64,000 nt of DNA from Carcharhinus longimanus. Its lineage: Eukaryota. The stretch covers positions 47,802,134 to 47,866,133 of the forward strand of contig JASCQW010000001.1 of assembly GCA_030264375.1 (NCBI GenBank). Direction: 5' to 3'. Below, in pieces: positions 36,170-49,374 of the stretch. The position numbers and the translations under genes are program-made. Every line of letters begins with the position of its first letter. The stretch's first letter is position 1. A model generated the notes under the pieces. It did no database searches. It was given only the letters and a program-made list of their open reading frames with translations, and was not told where the DNA came from.

Positions 36170-36600
36170 TTCATTGCATTGCAGTTGGGTATGACTGATG
36201 AAGTTTTGCTTCGATTATGTAGCAATTTGGTGGGACCACACCTACAGTCCTGTGTACAGTTTTGGTTACGTGAAATTTTGAACACCTATTTAAATCTCTC
36301 CTGAATCTTCTCCGCTCTAAGAAGAACAATTTCACTTGTCCACTCTGTCCACATGACTGAAGTCCCTTCTGTCTGGACCATTTTATAAAATCTCCTCTGC
36401 ACCCCCTCCAAGACCTCCATGTCCTAAAATATAATGCACAGAATGGAATGCCTCCAACTAAGGTCAAATTTGTGGTTTTTAAAGCTGCAATCTAACTTTC
36501 TTGCCTAAATTAATAAATCCAAAGTTCCCATCTGCCTTATTTTGACAGTCTCCCCTTATTCTTCCTTCCAAAATGCATCACTTCACATTTCTTACATGAA
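36170..36600. mobile_element. Decayed CR1 fragments in opposite orientations
   Basis: Plus strand PHLQSCVQFW (36235-36270); minus strand FLERRRFRRDLNRCSK (36280-36470). Confidence 0.6.
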
Positions 36601-38399
36601 TCCCAACAGTGGAATTATTTTATTGAATACTTTGTTTTTTGCAGTTCACTAAAAGTGTGCAGAGAATCAAATATAATAGTAATGAACTAGTACTAGTGAC
36701 ATGTGGCTGGAATTGCTGCCACTTCATTATTTATTGTATAGATCAATATAGTGCAGTTATTTGTTACTAACCATGGATGTCAAATTATTTTCTGCTAATG
36801 CAAAACGAAAAAGTAGATAAGAGTAAGAAGTGATATTTCTCATCAATCATTTACCATGAAGTTTGGCTTTTTATTTCTCATTTTTGCCAAACTGAGATTC
36901 TTTTCATTCCTGCAGTTTTGCTTATCATTCTGTTTCATAACAGTTCATTTTAAAAGCACGAATAAGCTCTCATCCAAATACAGCAAGTTACAGACATGCT
37001 ATGGCTCTTTCAGTGCATTCTATACTTTCAATATTCATCTAAATTCTGTGGTAATTTCCTGCCCCATCTTCAAATGAAAGAAAATGTTCTGGGATTGCAC
37101 CTCAGTTCCTTCCCACATGTCAGCAACTGCTTTTGTGTTTGTTTCACACCAGTAGAAAGAACTCATAACATACCAGTTATTGTTAATTCTCCCCCCCTCC
37201 ACCCCCTCTTATTTATGTGTTCGTTGTTGTTTTAGAATCAGCTTGTAATTTTTAAAAAATCTGTATCTGTACTGCAGTCAATTAAATGTTTTATGGAATT
37301 CTCTTTCTTGTTAAGGCCTAGCATTGATTCAGTACTGTTTCTCCAATCAGAGTCTTTCAAAAGAGTATGTTTGTTCATGTTACTGGTTGTACTTAGAAGG
37401 TGCATTACCCACTACTGGGCTTTTTTTGCANNNNNNNNNNNNNNNNNNNNNNNNNNNNNNNNNNNNNNNNNNNNNNNNNNNNNNNNNNNNNNNNNNNNNN
37501 NNNNNNNNNNNNNAATACTTGAAATGTTAGAAAATGATCCTGAAAGGGCACCAGTACTGATTTTCTGACATTGGGGTCTTGTTTGCATTCGAAACATAAG
37601 CATTTCAGGGCAGGAAATGTGCTCATTGGTAGCAGTTCTCAACCCAGAAGTACTTAAGTTCCAATAAATTGCAGTTCCCAGCACCTTCTATCAAACTTTC
37701 TCTGTGATTCACAATTTTCAACAGTTTCTGGCCAGAATTGTGACTTTGACTGGATTTGGAGTCGTTCCCATGGTGTACATGTGCTGGAACAAAATCCTGA
37801 TTGGGAGGGGAGAGCAAATGAAAAATCATTGGTGTAGAGCTGTTAGTTTTATTCTACTGCGTAACTGTAGAGAAATCGATATTTAATAGTTAGTTTATAA
37901 TCACTCAATGTATGTTACTTGATTTAAACATTAATTTCCCTCCAGTATTTTGACCAGAAATATTCTATGCTACAAGTCCACCCCAAAAATATCAGTTTCA
38001 GAGAGTGTGAGAACAGAAATCTGAAGCCCTTCCCCAAGGCATGTTTTCTTTGACCTAATTGCAGACCACACTGGTACATTCTGAATTGGTCCAGGTTGAT
38101 AATATGAAATTGCCTATTCTAAAAACCATTACAAAAGCAGATTTCGATGTCTGTATCTGCTGAATCTTTCTTTCTCCTGTAATTTCCCTGGATTTTTTTT
38201 CTAGGGGAAGCTTTATTGATCTGGTATTTGAAAGCCTAAATCTTGTGCCTTGTGCTTTATGAGAACTGATATAGCAATCCCAGGAACACACAAGAGACCA
38301 TGTTTCACCCACAAAGAACCATCTGTGACTTTCACAGTTGGTGACGTGTGGTGAGTCCCAAGTTATGCAAGAACCCTGAAAGTTTACTGAATGTTCCAC

Positions 38400-38531
38400 G
38401 AAACCGGAGCATCCGGAAGAAACCCACACAGACACAGGGTGAACATGCAAACTCCACACAGTCACCCAAGGCCTGAATTGCACTCCAGTCCCTGGCACAG
38501 TGAGGCAGCCGTGCTAACCACAGTGCCACCC
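38400..38531 (-). mobile_element. V-SINE 5' half
   Basis: Head and V-domain only. Confidence 0.85.
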
Positions 38532-39459
38532 AGGATCATTGATCCCAGGTGGCATTTTCCAGTCTTGAGGCAGGCATGACCGAAAAATCCCACCCCTTGG
38601 GTGAAAATGGCACTTGATGGTGATACCTTTGTAAGCCTATAAAGAGAAGCCCATCTGTTTGTGTATAATGTGGATTAATATGACAATAAAATAGATGTAG
38701 ACCTCTGTAATGGTGAGTTTGAGTGCAGAAAGAGTCTATGTAGCATGCCAAGTGATTTTGAGTATTAGCTAATTAATGCCTTGAGGTGTAAATGTGCCTG
38801 TGGATACTTTGCTATATGGACGTACTTGTTAATAATATTAGCTCTACTTATTTATGCTAAAACAATCCCAGTTGATGTTATACCTAAGCAGGAAAATTGC
38901 AGAATGGAATCCTGGCTCAAAAGCGCGTAACTTCTATGTTTTTTGGGAAAGCGCCAAGGAACAGAGTCACAGGACCACTGATTAGTTTTAACAACAAAAT
39001 AAAGACATTTGTTAAACATGAAAAATTGGATTATGATACAATGCTCCATTAGCGTCACAAATATAAACAGATTTTAAAGTTAACACAGTTTACAAAGCAT
39101 GGTCTCAATAACACAAAATCCCTTTAAACACAGATTGGCTGTGTCAAAACACACACTCCACTCTGAACCCAAGTGAATGTCTGTGGATTTCTCTTCAGAA
39201 TCCCCACAGAATATTGTCACATGGGATGTTCCAAAGTCCACTTCCAAAAAGCATGCTTTAAAATCTTCTATCACAATAATGCTTCCCATTAGTGGTTTGC
39301 ATTCTGAAATCCAGTCTAGGGTTTCCAAATGACTATTTTAAACAAAGCCTTTAATCCACTTACTGCAATGAATCCAGTATCCAGGTTTTCCTCTTCCCCA
39401 CTAGGATTTCTTTGTCTTGACTGTTATGTCAACAACTATTGAGTTGGAGGAGACAATCT

Positions 39460-40470
39460 TACCAAACAAATTCTAAGCGCTGAATGAGCGTGAAAACAGG
39501 AGAGTTTCAAATGCATTTTTTCAGTGAGGGAAGCATTCAAATCTTAACTTACTTAAAAAAAAAATTAGGTAAAGTGTGGTTCTCACCAGTAAGAGGAGTG
39601 GATAGTCTATTCAAACTGAGAAGCCAGCTGCTGATTGCTAGAGGGTGCTATTGCACATGCATACAAGATTGTCACTCCCCCAGACATTGCTTCCCCCACC
39701 CCTCCAGATGGCCCCCTNNNNNNNNNNNNNNNNNNNNNNNNNNNNNNNNNNNNNNNNNNNNNNNNNNNNNNNNNNNNNNNNNNNNNNNNNNNNNNNNNNN
39801 NNNNNNNNNNNNNNNNNNNNNNNNNNNNNNNNNNNNNNNNNNNNNCCCCATCACTCCCCTCTCCGGCCGACTGCTGCCCCTGTTCACCCCCCCCCCCCCC
39901 GGTCAATCACTGCCCCGCTCACTCCCCCTGGTTGACCATCACCCTGGTGATCTCTTATGCAGAGTGTGCACCTCCCCATGCACTGCCTCCTCTTCAGGAC
40001 CAGACCCTCCCTTTAATCCAGCCCCTCCCCTTAAGCTGCCCTATGACAGCCTGGAACCCTGGCAATACCGGGCTGCTCGGTGGGCACTGCCACGGTGCCA
40101 GGCTGCCAAATGTCACTGGCCCATCTTCTGAATACCTGGGGGTCCTCAATGGCCTCTGATCCTACCAGGGAGGCCATCACTTCATGTCTGCGTTTCTGGG
40201 CACCATATATAGCCCTCACTAGTGAGGACCTCCACTGGCAAGCCCGTTAAGGCAAGTGAACCTGGGTGATTATGTCCTGGGCTCGCTAATAATATTTAAA
40301 TTATTATTTAAATATTAAAATCAGCCTCGCACCCTTCCCAGGAGTGAAGCTGATTGTACCAGCAATTTGGTGCTGGTATAATCATGTGAGGTGAGCAACC
40401 AGGTGTGAACCTGGTTTTTCACCTTTCTCCTGATCTTACCAGCTCGCCAAGCTAATTGACTGTGCCCCTA
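39460..40470. mobile_element. GC-rich non-autonomous DNA-transposon-like repeat with C-rich core and N gap
   Basis: Mirror-related end segments (tgaaaacaggagag...tcaaatctta vs ggtttttcacctttctcctgatcttacc); no coding motif. Family assignment is inference. Confidence 0.45.
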
Positions 40471-40885
40471 GATTCTATTAAGGTGACATCAAACTTTTGC
40501 TTTACCTCTGAAGTCTGCTTTCCCACTTTAATTCTGGTTACTGCAGCTTTCATTCTCTTTCACACCCAACACTTCGTCTGCTTCCCCCTTTGAATTGTCC
40601 TCTGAATAATACTTTGATCTCTGTTCTCTTCAGTTTTCTTAAGACGTTCTTTCGGTCCCAATTCCCTCATTATCTGGACTGTATCTGGTTCTTTGAGAAG
40701 CCTGCCTCTCCACAGATCACTTGTCTTGTCCAGGTTCTCCTGGAAGAGTTGAGAGATGTTCTCTCCCTGTGTACTATCTTCAACTGCAAAATGTCCAGCT
40801 AAAATTAAACTCAAGAAAACCTTTCTACTTTAAAGGCCCCCAGTTGCTAAACAACCATTGCTATTCCCGCAAACCTATTTACTCT

Positions 40886-41750
40886 TGTTAAAACCCAGGC
40901 CAGAAACTCCAAGATATTTTATGAAGATAGCTTAGACCCTAAACTTTTCATTTGAATTTGGCACAGGTGAGCACAATGTATTTTACTCCAGATCTGATTC
41001 AAATGACCCACTAGAAAGTTTTTATCAAGCAAAGTTTATTTAAGAATGCAGTTAGAATATAATAAATATATTTAGCATAACTTTTACCAATTACAAGAAT
41101 CAAACATGATATAGTATAATCCTTAACAGCTAACTGTCTCTGATGACCTAAGTCAAACAACACCCCAAAAACATGTGCCCCTTTCAAGACTCGGCACAAA
41201 AAGCATATATGCTCACGTGATGCTGAGTTTTGCAACTTTTTAACACCTGCTGTGTCTTTTGAATGTCAGATTAACACTCTCAATGCTTCCCAGTTCTGGA
41301 ACTTTCCAAAAAAGCCTCTGGACAGAGTGAGACAGAGACACTGCTGGCCTCTACCAGTTTCTTGCTAGCAACTCACAGATAGCAGACTTCCGAACTCCAG
41401 AGAGAGGGGAAAACAAGAGACGCTGCTTTCTGCCTGGCGTCCAAACAGCATCTGAGAAAAATGAAACTAAAACTCTTGGACTTTTTTTTGTGGAAAAATC
41501 TGTCCCCGGGCAGCACCTGACCCACTGTCAATCATGCTCCATGCCACTATTCAAAAAGGATCATAAAACCCCAGGACACTGCGTTAGCCCAGATTGAAAA
41601 TAAACATGATTTCCATTATATTGCTGCAGTTACAACTAGAGGACACCAGTTGCAGACAAAATGATGCCAATAAAATAAAACGCTAGGAGCTCGAAAACCT
41701 ACAGCGAAACATCATTAAAATGCATTTCTTGAAGGCATAGTATCATCACA
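40886..41750 (-). mobile_element. Solo LTR with 4-bp TSD
   Basis: TG (40886)...CA (41750) flanked by CTCT on both sides; minus-strand AATAAA near 41035. Confidence 0.8.
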
Positions 41751-41831
41751 CTCTTCACACATTAACTCTTTCTAAGCACAATAGAAACACATTTGGGATT
41801 GAAACCAACCCCCATACACAAAGCACCTTTG

Positions 41832-42088
41832 TCATAAGAACATAAGAAAAAGGAGCAGGAGTAGGCCATCTAGCCCCTCGAGCCTGCCCCGCCATTCAAT
41901 AAGATCATGNNNNNNNNNNNNNNNNNNNNNNNNNNNNNNNNNNNNNNNNNNNNNNNNNNNNNNNNNNNNNNNNNNNNNNNNNNNNNNNNNNNNNNNNNNN
42001 NNNNNNNNNCCCGCCCTCTCCCCATAACCCTTAATCCCCTCGCTTATCAAAAACCCATCAACCCGTGTCTTAAAAATATTTAGCGATA
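41832..42088 (-). mobile_element. Young CR1 3' end spanning a 100-N gap
   Basis: Near-identical to 7059-7133; ORF end SLNIFKTRVDGFLISEGIKGYG. Confidence 0.9.
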
Positions 42089-42889
42089 TTTGTCCAGCAT
42101 GAAAATAACAGATTTTACCCTTCCAGCACAGAAACATTAAGTTAAATCCACTTGAAATTCTCATCTTATTTCTAATGTTTATAATACAAATAGAAACCTT
42201 TTAAAGTTACTTTTGTTTTCCTAATACAATTGAGTTTTAGAGAGAGGAAATTGAAGGAATGAATATATGGTTCTAATTGGCAGGAAAACCTTTACCTTAA
42301 AGTGCAATATGTAAACCATTGATTCACTGGGATTTGATGTACTGGTGCTGTTACTATATTTGCAGATACTGCTAGATCTTGGACAGAGTCCACAGTATGT
42401 CTGCCACATGTTGCCTCAAGTTGTGGGCTGTGAAATTGGGCTGAATGATGCCCATCGTTTGAACTCCATGGGTGCTGTTCAGGGTCCAAAATGGGATTTG
42501 TTCACAATTCCGCCATGAATTGTGCTGGATGTTATATGGTGGAAGCATTAGTGTGTGCATGATTAACACGTGCTGGAAGGAGACAGAGTATGCGAATCAT
42601 AACATCAATTATTATACAGCAGTGGGTTTATAACAGTGATGTCAGCCTGTGCAGCAAAATCATCCAGGCTTCGTAGGTGGCATGTGCTCTCTTTTACCAT
42701 GAGTGAACTAGCACTGGGGGATGGGCTGAGGCTGTTAAGTGCCTCAATCGGCATCGGGTTGGTCCTCCGATGCCTTCACTGACCCCCATAAAATGGTATA
42801 GCGGCTGGATTGGGCAACTAGTTTATGAGCACAACCCTTGCCTAACCTTCCATTCTGCCAGCAGGGCAGTGTAAAATTCAGCTGATTGC

Positions 42890-44530
42890 TCAATTATAGT
42901 TTTCCTGTCAAACCCTGGCTCAATTTCACCATGAACAGATCCATTCTCACCACATTGAATTTAACCCTCTTCCAATTTAGACGTTCTACTTTTGATTGTT
43001 CATTGCTGTTCACCACTGCCACCTTATCATGATATGATCACTCTTACCAAGTATGCTCCCACTGACACTTGGTCCACCTTTTTCCCAAACAGCAGATCCA
43101 GCAATGCTTCCTTTCTAGTTGGATTAAGAACAAAATGGTCAAGGAAGTTTTCTTGAATACATTTCAGAAATTCCTTCCCACCCTTTCCCTTTACCCTAAT
43201 ATTATCCCAATTTATATTTGGGCAGCTAAAGTCATGTGTCTCTTTCTCACCATTTGAAGGTGTACAAAATTCTTCCAGTAGTATTAGCATCCACTTTCTG
43301 CTTGTCAGCTCTAATCAAATGATTCTGTCCTCAAAGACATAGGCTATCTCCCGTCCTGTCCGCCACAGGAATCATAATAGGTGGGACACAGATCATGAAA
43401 AGATCCGTTGACCTCAGGTGGAATTTTCTGGCCTTGGACGAGCGCGGCCTGAAAATCCCATTCATTCTCTCTCTCCAACATTACATAATCCCTAATCAGT
43501 ATTGCTGCCCCCCCCTCCCTTTTCCTCTCGCCAATTTATTCAAAACACTTTGGGTCAGATTTTCCAGCCTTGTTTGCCTGAAACCAGAAAATCCCACCCG
43601 AGGTCAACAGTCATTTCCGTGGTCCGCCCTTTGCCAGTTCCGATTCTTGGTGGGCGGGGCAGTAAAACCCACACTTTGTATTTATAAACATTAAGGACTC
43701 AGTTCTCATAGTTCTTAATGTCACATCTCCTCTATTGCCACTACATCATCTTCCCACATGACTGTTAACTGATAGTTTACCAACCTCCCCACTCTTCATC
43801 TTTATGCATACTGCGCATTCTAAATCTTTGTTTTCCTTAATGTCCTTCTTAGTGTGTTCTTGTATAAAATGGAACTACTTCCTTCTCTAATACTATCCAG
43901 CACACTCACTCCTTTATGCATCTTATTCTTCTTTTCTACTTCCTTATACTGTTGCTCTCTACACACCCCACCACTGAGCCCACAACTAATTTAGTTTAAA
44001 TCTTTCCCAAATACTCTAATGAATCTACCTGCGAGGACTTTGCCTCTGTCCTGTTAAGGTGCAACCTGTAACTTTTGAATAGATGCTCCAGAACTGATCC
44101 CAATGCCCCAAAAATCTGAAGCTCTTTTCTCCTACATCATGCTTCAATCCATGCATTGACCCCTCCTGTGCTCCCAACTAGTAAGCTGGAAATTACTACC
44201 CGGCATGAGGTCCTAGTTTTTAACTTCTTCCCCTAGCAGAATGCCTAACTGTAGACTACTATACCTGCCCACTCTCTGTCATTGGTGCCACAACTTGTGG
44301 CTCATTCCCTTCTCCCTGCAGAATGTTCTATCTCTTCTCCATAATATCCTTTATCCTGGCATCAGGAAGACACCTCAACATGTAAGAGTCACCAGTTACA
44401 GAAACTTCTGTCTGTCCTTCTAACAATGACAACCATATTTCTCTGCTTTGGTGTTATCCAGCTTTTGTAGTATTTCTCATTGATGCTATAGTCTGAATTG
44501 TTCTCCTTCAGGTTGTCATCTCCACCAGTC
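42890..44530 (-). mobile_element. Old CR1 5' part (ORF1/endonuclease region) interrupted by MITEs
   Basis: ORF DFSCPNINWD...EFLKCIQENFLDHFVLNPTRKEALLDLL is a CR1 APE motif. Confidence 0.8.
43335..43672. mobile_element. Two MITE copies (~43335-43460 and ~43551-43672)
   Basis: Same body as 26383-26518 and 60926-61050 (aaaatcccacccgaggtcaac..., gattcttggtgggcgggg..gtaaaa). Confidence 0.6.
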
Positions 44531-44534
44531 ATAT

Positions 44535-45220
44535 GGCATATGGAATGCTGGCTTTCATCAGTCAGGGCGTTGAGTCTAGGAATTGGAAAGTCATGTAAGA
44601 CCAAAAGACTATAAGACATAGAAGCAGAATCAGGCCATTCAGCCCATCAAGTCTGCTCTGCCATTCAATCATGGTTGATATTTTTCTCATCCCCATTCTC
44701 CTGCCTTTTCTCTGTAACCCCCGATCCCTTTATTAATCAAGAATCTATCTATGTCTTAAAGACACTCCACAGCCTTCTGCGGCAAAGAGTTCCACAGATT
44801 CACCACTCTCTGGCTGAAGAAATTCCTCCTTATCTCTGTTGCAGCTTTATAAGACTTTGATTAGGCTGTATTTGAAGTATTGTGTACAGTTCTGGTCACC
44901 ACACTACTGGAAGGATGTTGATGCATTGGGAAGGGCGCAGAAGAGATTTATCAGGATGTTGCCTGGGTTGGAGGATATGGACTTTGAAGAAAGGTGGAAC
45001 AGATTTGGAATGCTTGAAACACGCTGCCGGAGGAGGTGTTAGAAGCAGATTCTATCACAATGTTCAAGTGGCATCTGGATAGATACATGAATAGACAGGG
45101 AAGAGAGGGATATGGACCACATAAGTACAAGAAAATATTAGATTAGAGAGGCATCTGTGTCGGCACAGACTTGATGGGCCAAAGGGCCTGTTCCTGAGCT
45201 GTAATGTTATTTGTTCTAAT
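44535..45220 (+). mobile_element. CR1 3' fragment with an antisense CR1 tail (44595-44838) inserted
   Basis: LYKTLIRLYLKYCVQFWSPHYWKDVDAL; the inserted (taagac)n-tailed copy interrupts gtcatgt^tgcagc. Confidence 0.88.
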
Positions 45221-45616
45221 CGTCTCCAGTTCTAAGCATTGGTTATTGACTGGCACACACCTTGAAAAAATTATGTACTTCCTGCCTTTCTCTACTCTTC
45301 GAGTGGCCACTAATGTACTATCCTGAACTCTTATTGCCTCTGGACCTACTCTTGGATTGTACAATCCAAGGAATTCTCCTGCTGCCTGAAGCTCTGCAAT
45401 GACTCTAGCTGCCCCTGAGCTTGAGTTTGAAATAGCTGAAGTTCCCGCGTGGCACAGGAATTGCAAACAACAGGTTTCAACTTCCCATCCATAATATTAA
45501 AAAAATCTGTTCACCTTTTGGGATCTAGTTAATAACTTGATTTAGCTATTAATTTTCATTAATATTTCTAGACCTCAGCTTTAATGTTAAATGTAAAACA
45601 AAACTACATTTTAGAA

Positions 45617-45912
45617 GGAAGTCAAGTGGCACAGTGTTTTGCACTGCTGCCTCACAGCACCAGGGACCCAAGTTCGATACCTGGCTTGGTTTACTGTCTG
45701 TGTGGATCTGCACGTTCTCCCCATGTCTGTGTGGGTTTCTTCTGGGTGCTCCAGTTTCCTCCAAAAGACATGCTGACTCAGTGCGTTGGCCATGCTAAAT
45801 TCTCCCTCAGTATACCTGAATACTGCCAGAGTGTGGCGACAAGGGGATTTTTACAGTAACCTCATTGCAACATTCATGTAAGCCTATTTGTGACACTAAT
45901 AAATAAACTTTA
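45617..45912 (+). mobile_element. V-SINE, tail type B
   Basis: Head, V-domain and tail gtgtggcgacaagggga...gtgacactaataaataaac. Confidence 0.93.
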
Positions 45913-45989
45913 CAACCTATAAAATCCTTAAAATCCCCTCACTCATCAAATTTTCCAAGTGTTGTACTCTGTAAAATTGGACTGCTAAA

Positions 45990-46700
45990 AAGTATGATCT
46001 TCTCACTAAGATACCTTGCTGAGAACTCTCAGGAGTACCACACCCCTTGGGCCATCAGCTTTATTGACTTGACAAAGGCCTTTGATAGCCTAGATTGGCC
46101 TTCACTCTAGAAAATTCCCGCTTCAGATGAGGCCCCTCATGACATCCAATGAAGGATAGTTTCAGTTTTAGGAAAGGTGGTTGCATTGTGGTGTTGTCGT
46201 TGGACTAACAATCCAGAGGCCCAGCGTAATGTTCTTGGAACCTGGGTTCAAATCCCACCATGGCACATGGTTAAATTCAAATTAAATAAAAATCTGAAAT
46301 TAAAAGTGTAATAATGATGATGAAACCATTGTCAATTTTCATAAAAACCCACCTGGTTCACCAATGTCCTTTAGTGAAGGAAATCTGCCATCCTAATCCG
46401 GTCTGGTCTACATGTGTCTCCAGAGCCACAGCAATGTGATTGATTTCTAAATGTTCTCAGGGATGGTTAATCAACGTTAGCCCAGCCAGCGATGCCCACA
46501 TCCCCTGAACAAATTAAAACAAGATCTGTGAAAATTTCAGGAGCTGTGTCAGGGCAGAGATTGGTTACAGTGACAGGTCCCGTGTGATGACTGGTGTTGG
46601 GGCAAGGTTACATCCTTTCCTCTCTTTTTGTAGTTGCCATTAACTGTGTGTTAAGGAAATCAACCAAAGATAATCTTGGATTGAAATGGATTAATGATCT
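45990..46700 (+). mobile_element. RTE-clade LINE RT fragment, split by a family-C SINE
   Basis: IFSLRYLAENSQEY....SFIDLTKAFDSLDWPSL before the SINE and TGV..QGYILSSLF...INCVLRKST after it (TGVRQGCILSP motif). Confidence 0.7.
46170..46520 (+). mobile_element. tRNA-derived SINE family C
   Basis: B box gggttcaaatccc, core ggttcaccaatgtcctttagtgaaggaaatctgcc, tail gccagcgatgcccacatccc. Confidence 0.87.
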
Positions 46701-46977
46701 AAGAAGAGCTAGGAAATTAGAATTTTGCTTCCCTCTGCTGATGCGTGCAGCAAGTGAACAACATAGTTAATGCTAGCTGAATGTAGAGAAATTAAGATAA
46801 TGAGCAAGTAGCAAAAGGATGGCCTCCTACCTGCATTGCAAAGAAAAGGTGGGTTAATCCTGCATTGTGAAGCCTGTACTTGTTTTCAAAGGTGGTCCAG
46901 TTTACCCACAGCAGCCTTTTGTGCCGCATTTTATGCTTATCTGAGATTTCAAAAAACTACGTCAGAATAATTTATAG

Positions 46978-47290
46978 TGGGCAGCCTGGTGGCACAGTGG
47001 TTAGCATGACTGCCTGAGAGCACTAGGGACCCGGATTCAATTCCAGCCTCAGGTGACTGTCTGTTTGGAGTTTGCGTGTTCTCCCGTGTTTGTATTGGTT
47101 TCCTCTAGCTGCTGTGGTTTCCTCCCACAGTCCAAAGGTTAGGTTGATTGACCATGCTAAAGTGCCCCTTTGTGTTTGGGAATTAGGAATGTAAATACAT
47201 GGGTTATGGTGAGAGGGCCTGGGTGGGATTGTTGTTGGTGCAGGCTCAATGGGTTGAATGGACTCCTTTGGTACTGTAGAGATTCTATAA
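46978..47290 (+). mobile_element. HE1-type V-SINE
   Basis: Head, V-domain and CR1-like tail ctgtagagattctat. Confidence 0.92.
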
Positions 47291-47884
47291 TAATTTGAGC
47301 CTATGGCTCTTGTAATACAGTTTAGCTTCTTGCTCCCTTACAAAAAAGGTTAGCTGTCAATAGATCAACCTTCACTTCTCCAGGACAGTGTTGAGCCCCG
47401 ATGATCCTTGTTCCATATATGCACTTTAGAGTTCTATGTACCTAGGAATTCAATTTTGTACTTAATGCAATCATGAAGTCGATGTACATGGTGTACTCTT
47501 CTGTAGACAGATAGCATGAATGAACTTTAAAAATGTAAGGAATTTGAATATAAGACTTTGAACAGAATTTATCATGTTGATTATATTGCCGTGTGCTACA
47601 CCCTAGCAAGGTAAGGAATGTTAGATCTCACTCCACTTCTGCAGTGATCACTTCTTGGGTAACATTTCAAATGCTGGTTGGGTCATTTGCAAATTGCTGA
47701 TCATCAGTAGTAACATAGTTATTGCTTGATGAACTTGGGAGAATGCCAATCACTTGCAGAATTGCAAGAAGTACTTCTATCTGTCGAACCTTCATCTAAG
47801 AATTACCTTCTGTGGTAGCTTCACATAGTCTGCATTCAGCACCGTGGCACAATGGTTAGCACTGCCGCCTCACTGCACCATGGG

Positions 47885-48270
47885 CCCTGTATTGGTCTCC
47901 TTATGATGTGGGTATGCCGGCGTTGGACTGGCGTAAACACAGTAAAAAGTNNNNNNNNNNNNNNNNNNNNNNNNNNNNNNNNNNNNNNNNNNNNNNNNNN
48001 NNNNNNNNNNNNNNNNNNNNNNNNNNNNNNNNNNNNNNNNNNNNNNNNNNCCCCTCGAAAGCTTGTGAGAATATTATCAAATAAATAGGTTGGACTAAAA
48101 CCTGGTGTTGTCAGACTTTTTACTTGGTCTCCTTATTCAAGGAAGGATGTAAATTAATTGAAAGCAGTTCAGAAAAGATTTACTAGACTAGTACCAAGAA
48201 TTAGTAGGTTGTCTTATGAAGAAAGGCTGAAAACAGTAGGCTTGTGAGTGCTAGGGTTTGGAAGAGTAAA
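47885..48270 (+). mobile_element. Old CR1 fragment carrying a Penelope-like insertion (47905-48123)
   Basis: WSPYSRKDVN*LKAVQKRFTRLVP resumes after the insert; 13-bp TSD ttggtctccttat at 47892-47904 and 48124-48136. Confidence 0.8.
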
Positions 48271-48797
48271 ATTAAGTTGTCACTTCCATGAATCCAGTCT
48301 AATTAATGATGGCTAAAGGGCCAAAAAGAGGCTATCCAGCACTGACATGCAGCCCCTTGATCTGAAATGAGAGCTGATGATGTAGGTATTAGCCTGTACC
48401 AAAATGGCCCAGAGACAAACCAGCACAACAGGTAGCAGGATATAAGAAATGACAAATGGAAGTTTTTTGAGAACTTGCAGTTTTCTGAGGGGAAGAAACC
48501 AAAATGTATTCTCCATAGGTGTCTACAGTGCCATTCACAGAGAATAGCAGTTAGCAACGGGCTGTTCTTTTTAAGGAATTTCTATTCCAGATTTTAGAGA
48601 CTGGTTTTTAGTTTTTGATCGGTCACTTTGCATTACAAATCCAAGTTATTGAAGTGGGATAACACTTTTACACAGGGTGAAAACCCAGGGAACTGCATCA
48701 TATATATATTGGGAAACATGGTTCCTTCACTATAGATTATTGAATCTGATTCACTGAAATCTTTTGGTGATGTTTTAAGTAAAAATATTGCATAAGT

Positions 48798-48903
48798 TTA
48801 AAGTTTATTTATTAGTGTCACAAGTAGGCTAACATTAACACTGCAATGAAGTCACTGCGAAAATCTAGTTGCTACACTCAGCCATCTGTTCGGGCACACT
48901 GGT
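48798..48903 (-). mobile_element. Isolated type-B SINE tail
   Basis: tttatttattagtgtcacaagtaggctaacattaacactgcaatgaag. Confidence 0.85.
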
Positions 48904-49374
48904 GGTGTTATATCAGTGTTTTTGTCACACAGATGATGTATCTTACACAATGACGCTACATCAATTCTATAGAAAATGCAGTCTGCAAAGAGTGTGGAGC
49001 TCTGATTACAAGGGATATTGTTTGTCCTGATGTTCTATAGAACAGTATTTTCTTATTAAATGAAATTGAGAATCTGAATTTCTGGCAATAAAAATAAAAC
49101 TGCAAATAGTGGAAATGTATATCAGCACGTGAAATAGAAAGATAGCTTATTGTCTTGATTGAGTTTCTCCGAACAGGCACAGTCACATTAAAGTCCTTTT
49201 ATTTAATAGACTAAAGAGGGTGAATCCGGATATTCTTTTGGAGACAGCTACAATAGTGCAATTGCCTTTCACTTTAATGGTTTTGTGGTACTGTAATTCA
49301 AGTTGCATATCAAAAAAAACTTGATTGCATTGTACTTTGACTATTTATTGGGTTTGTATGTTGTGTCTTAATCT

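Noticed and set aside
39484-40159. Longest ORFs in the track (215 and 174 aa), proline-rich
   Set aside because: Artefacts of an N gap and C-rich low-complexity repeat sequence.
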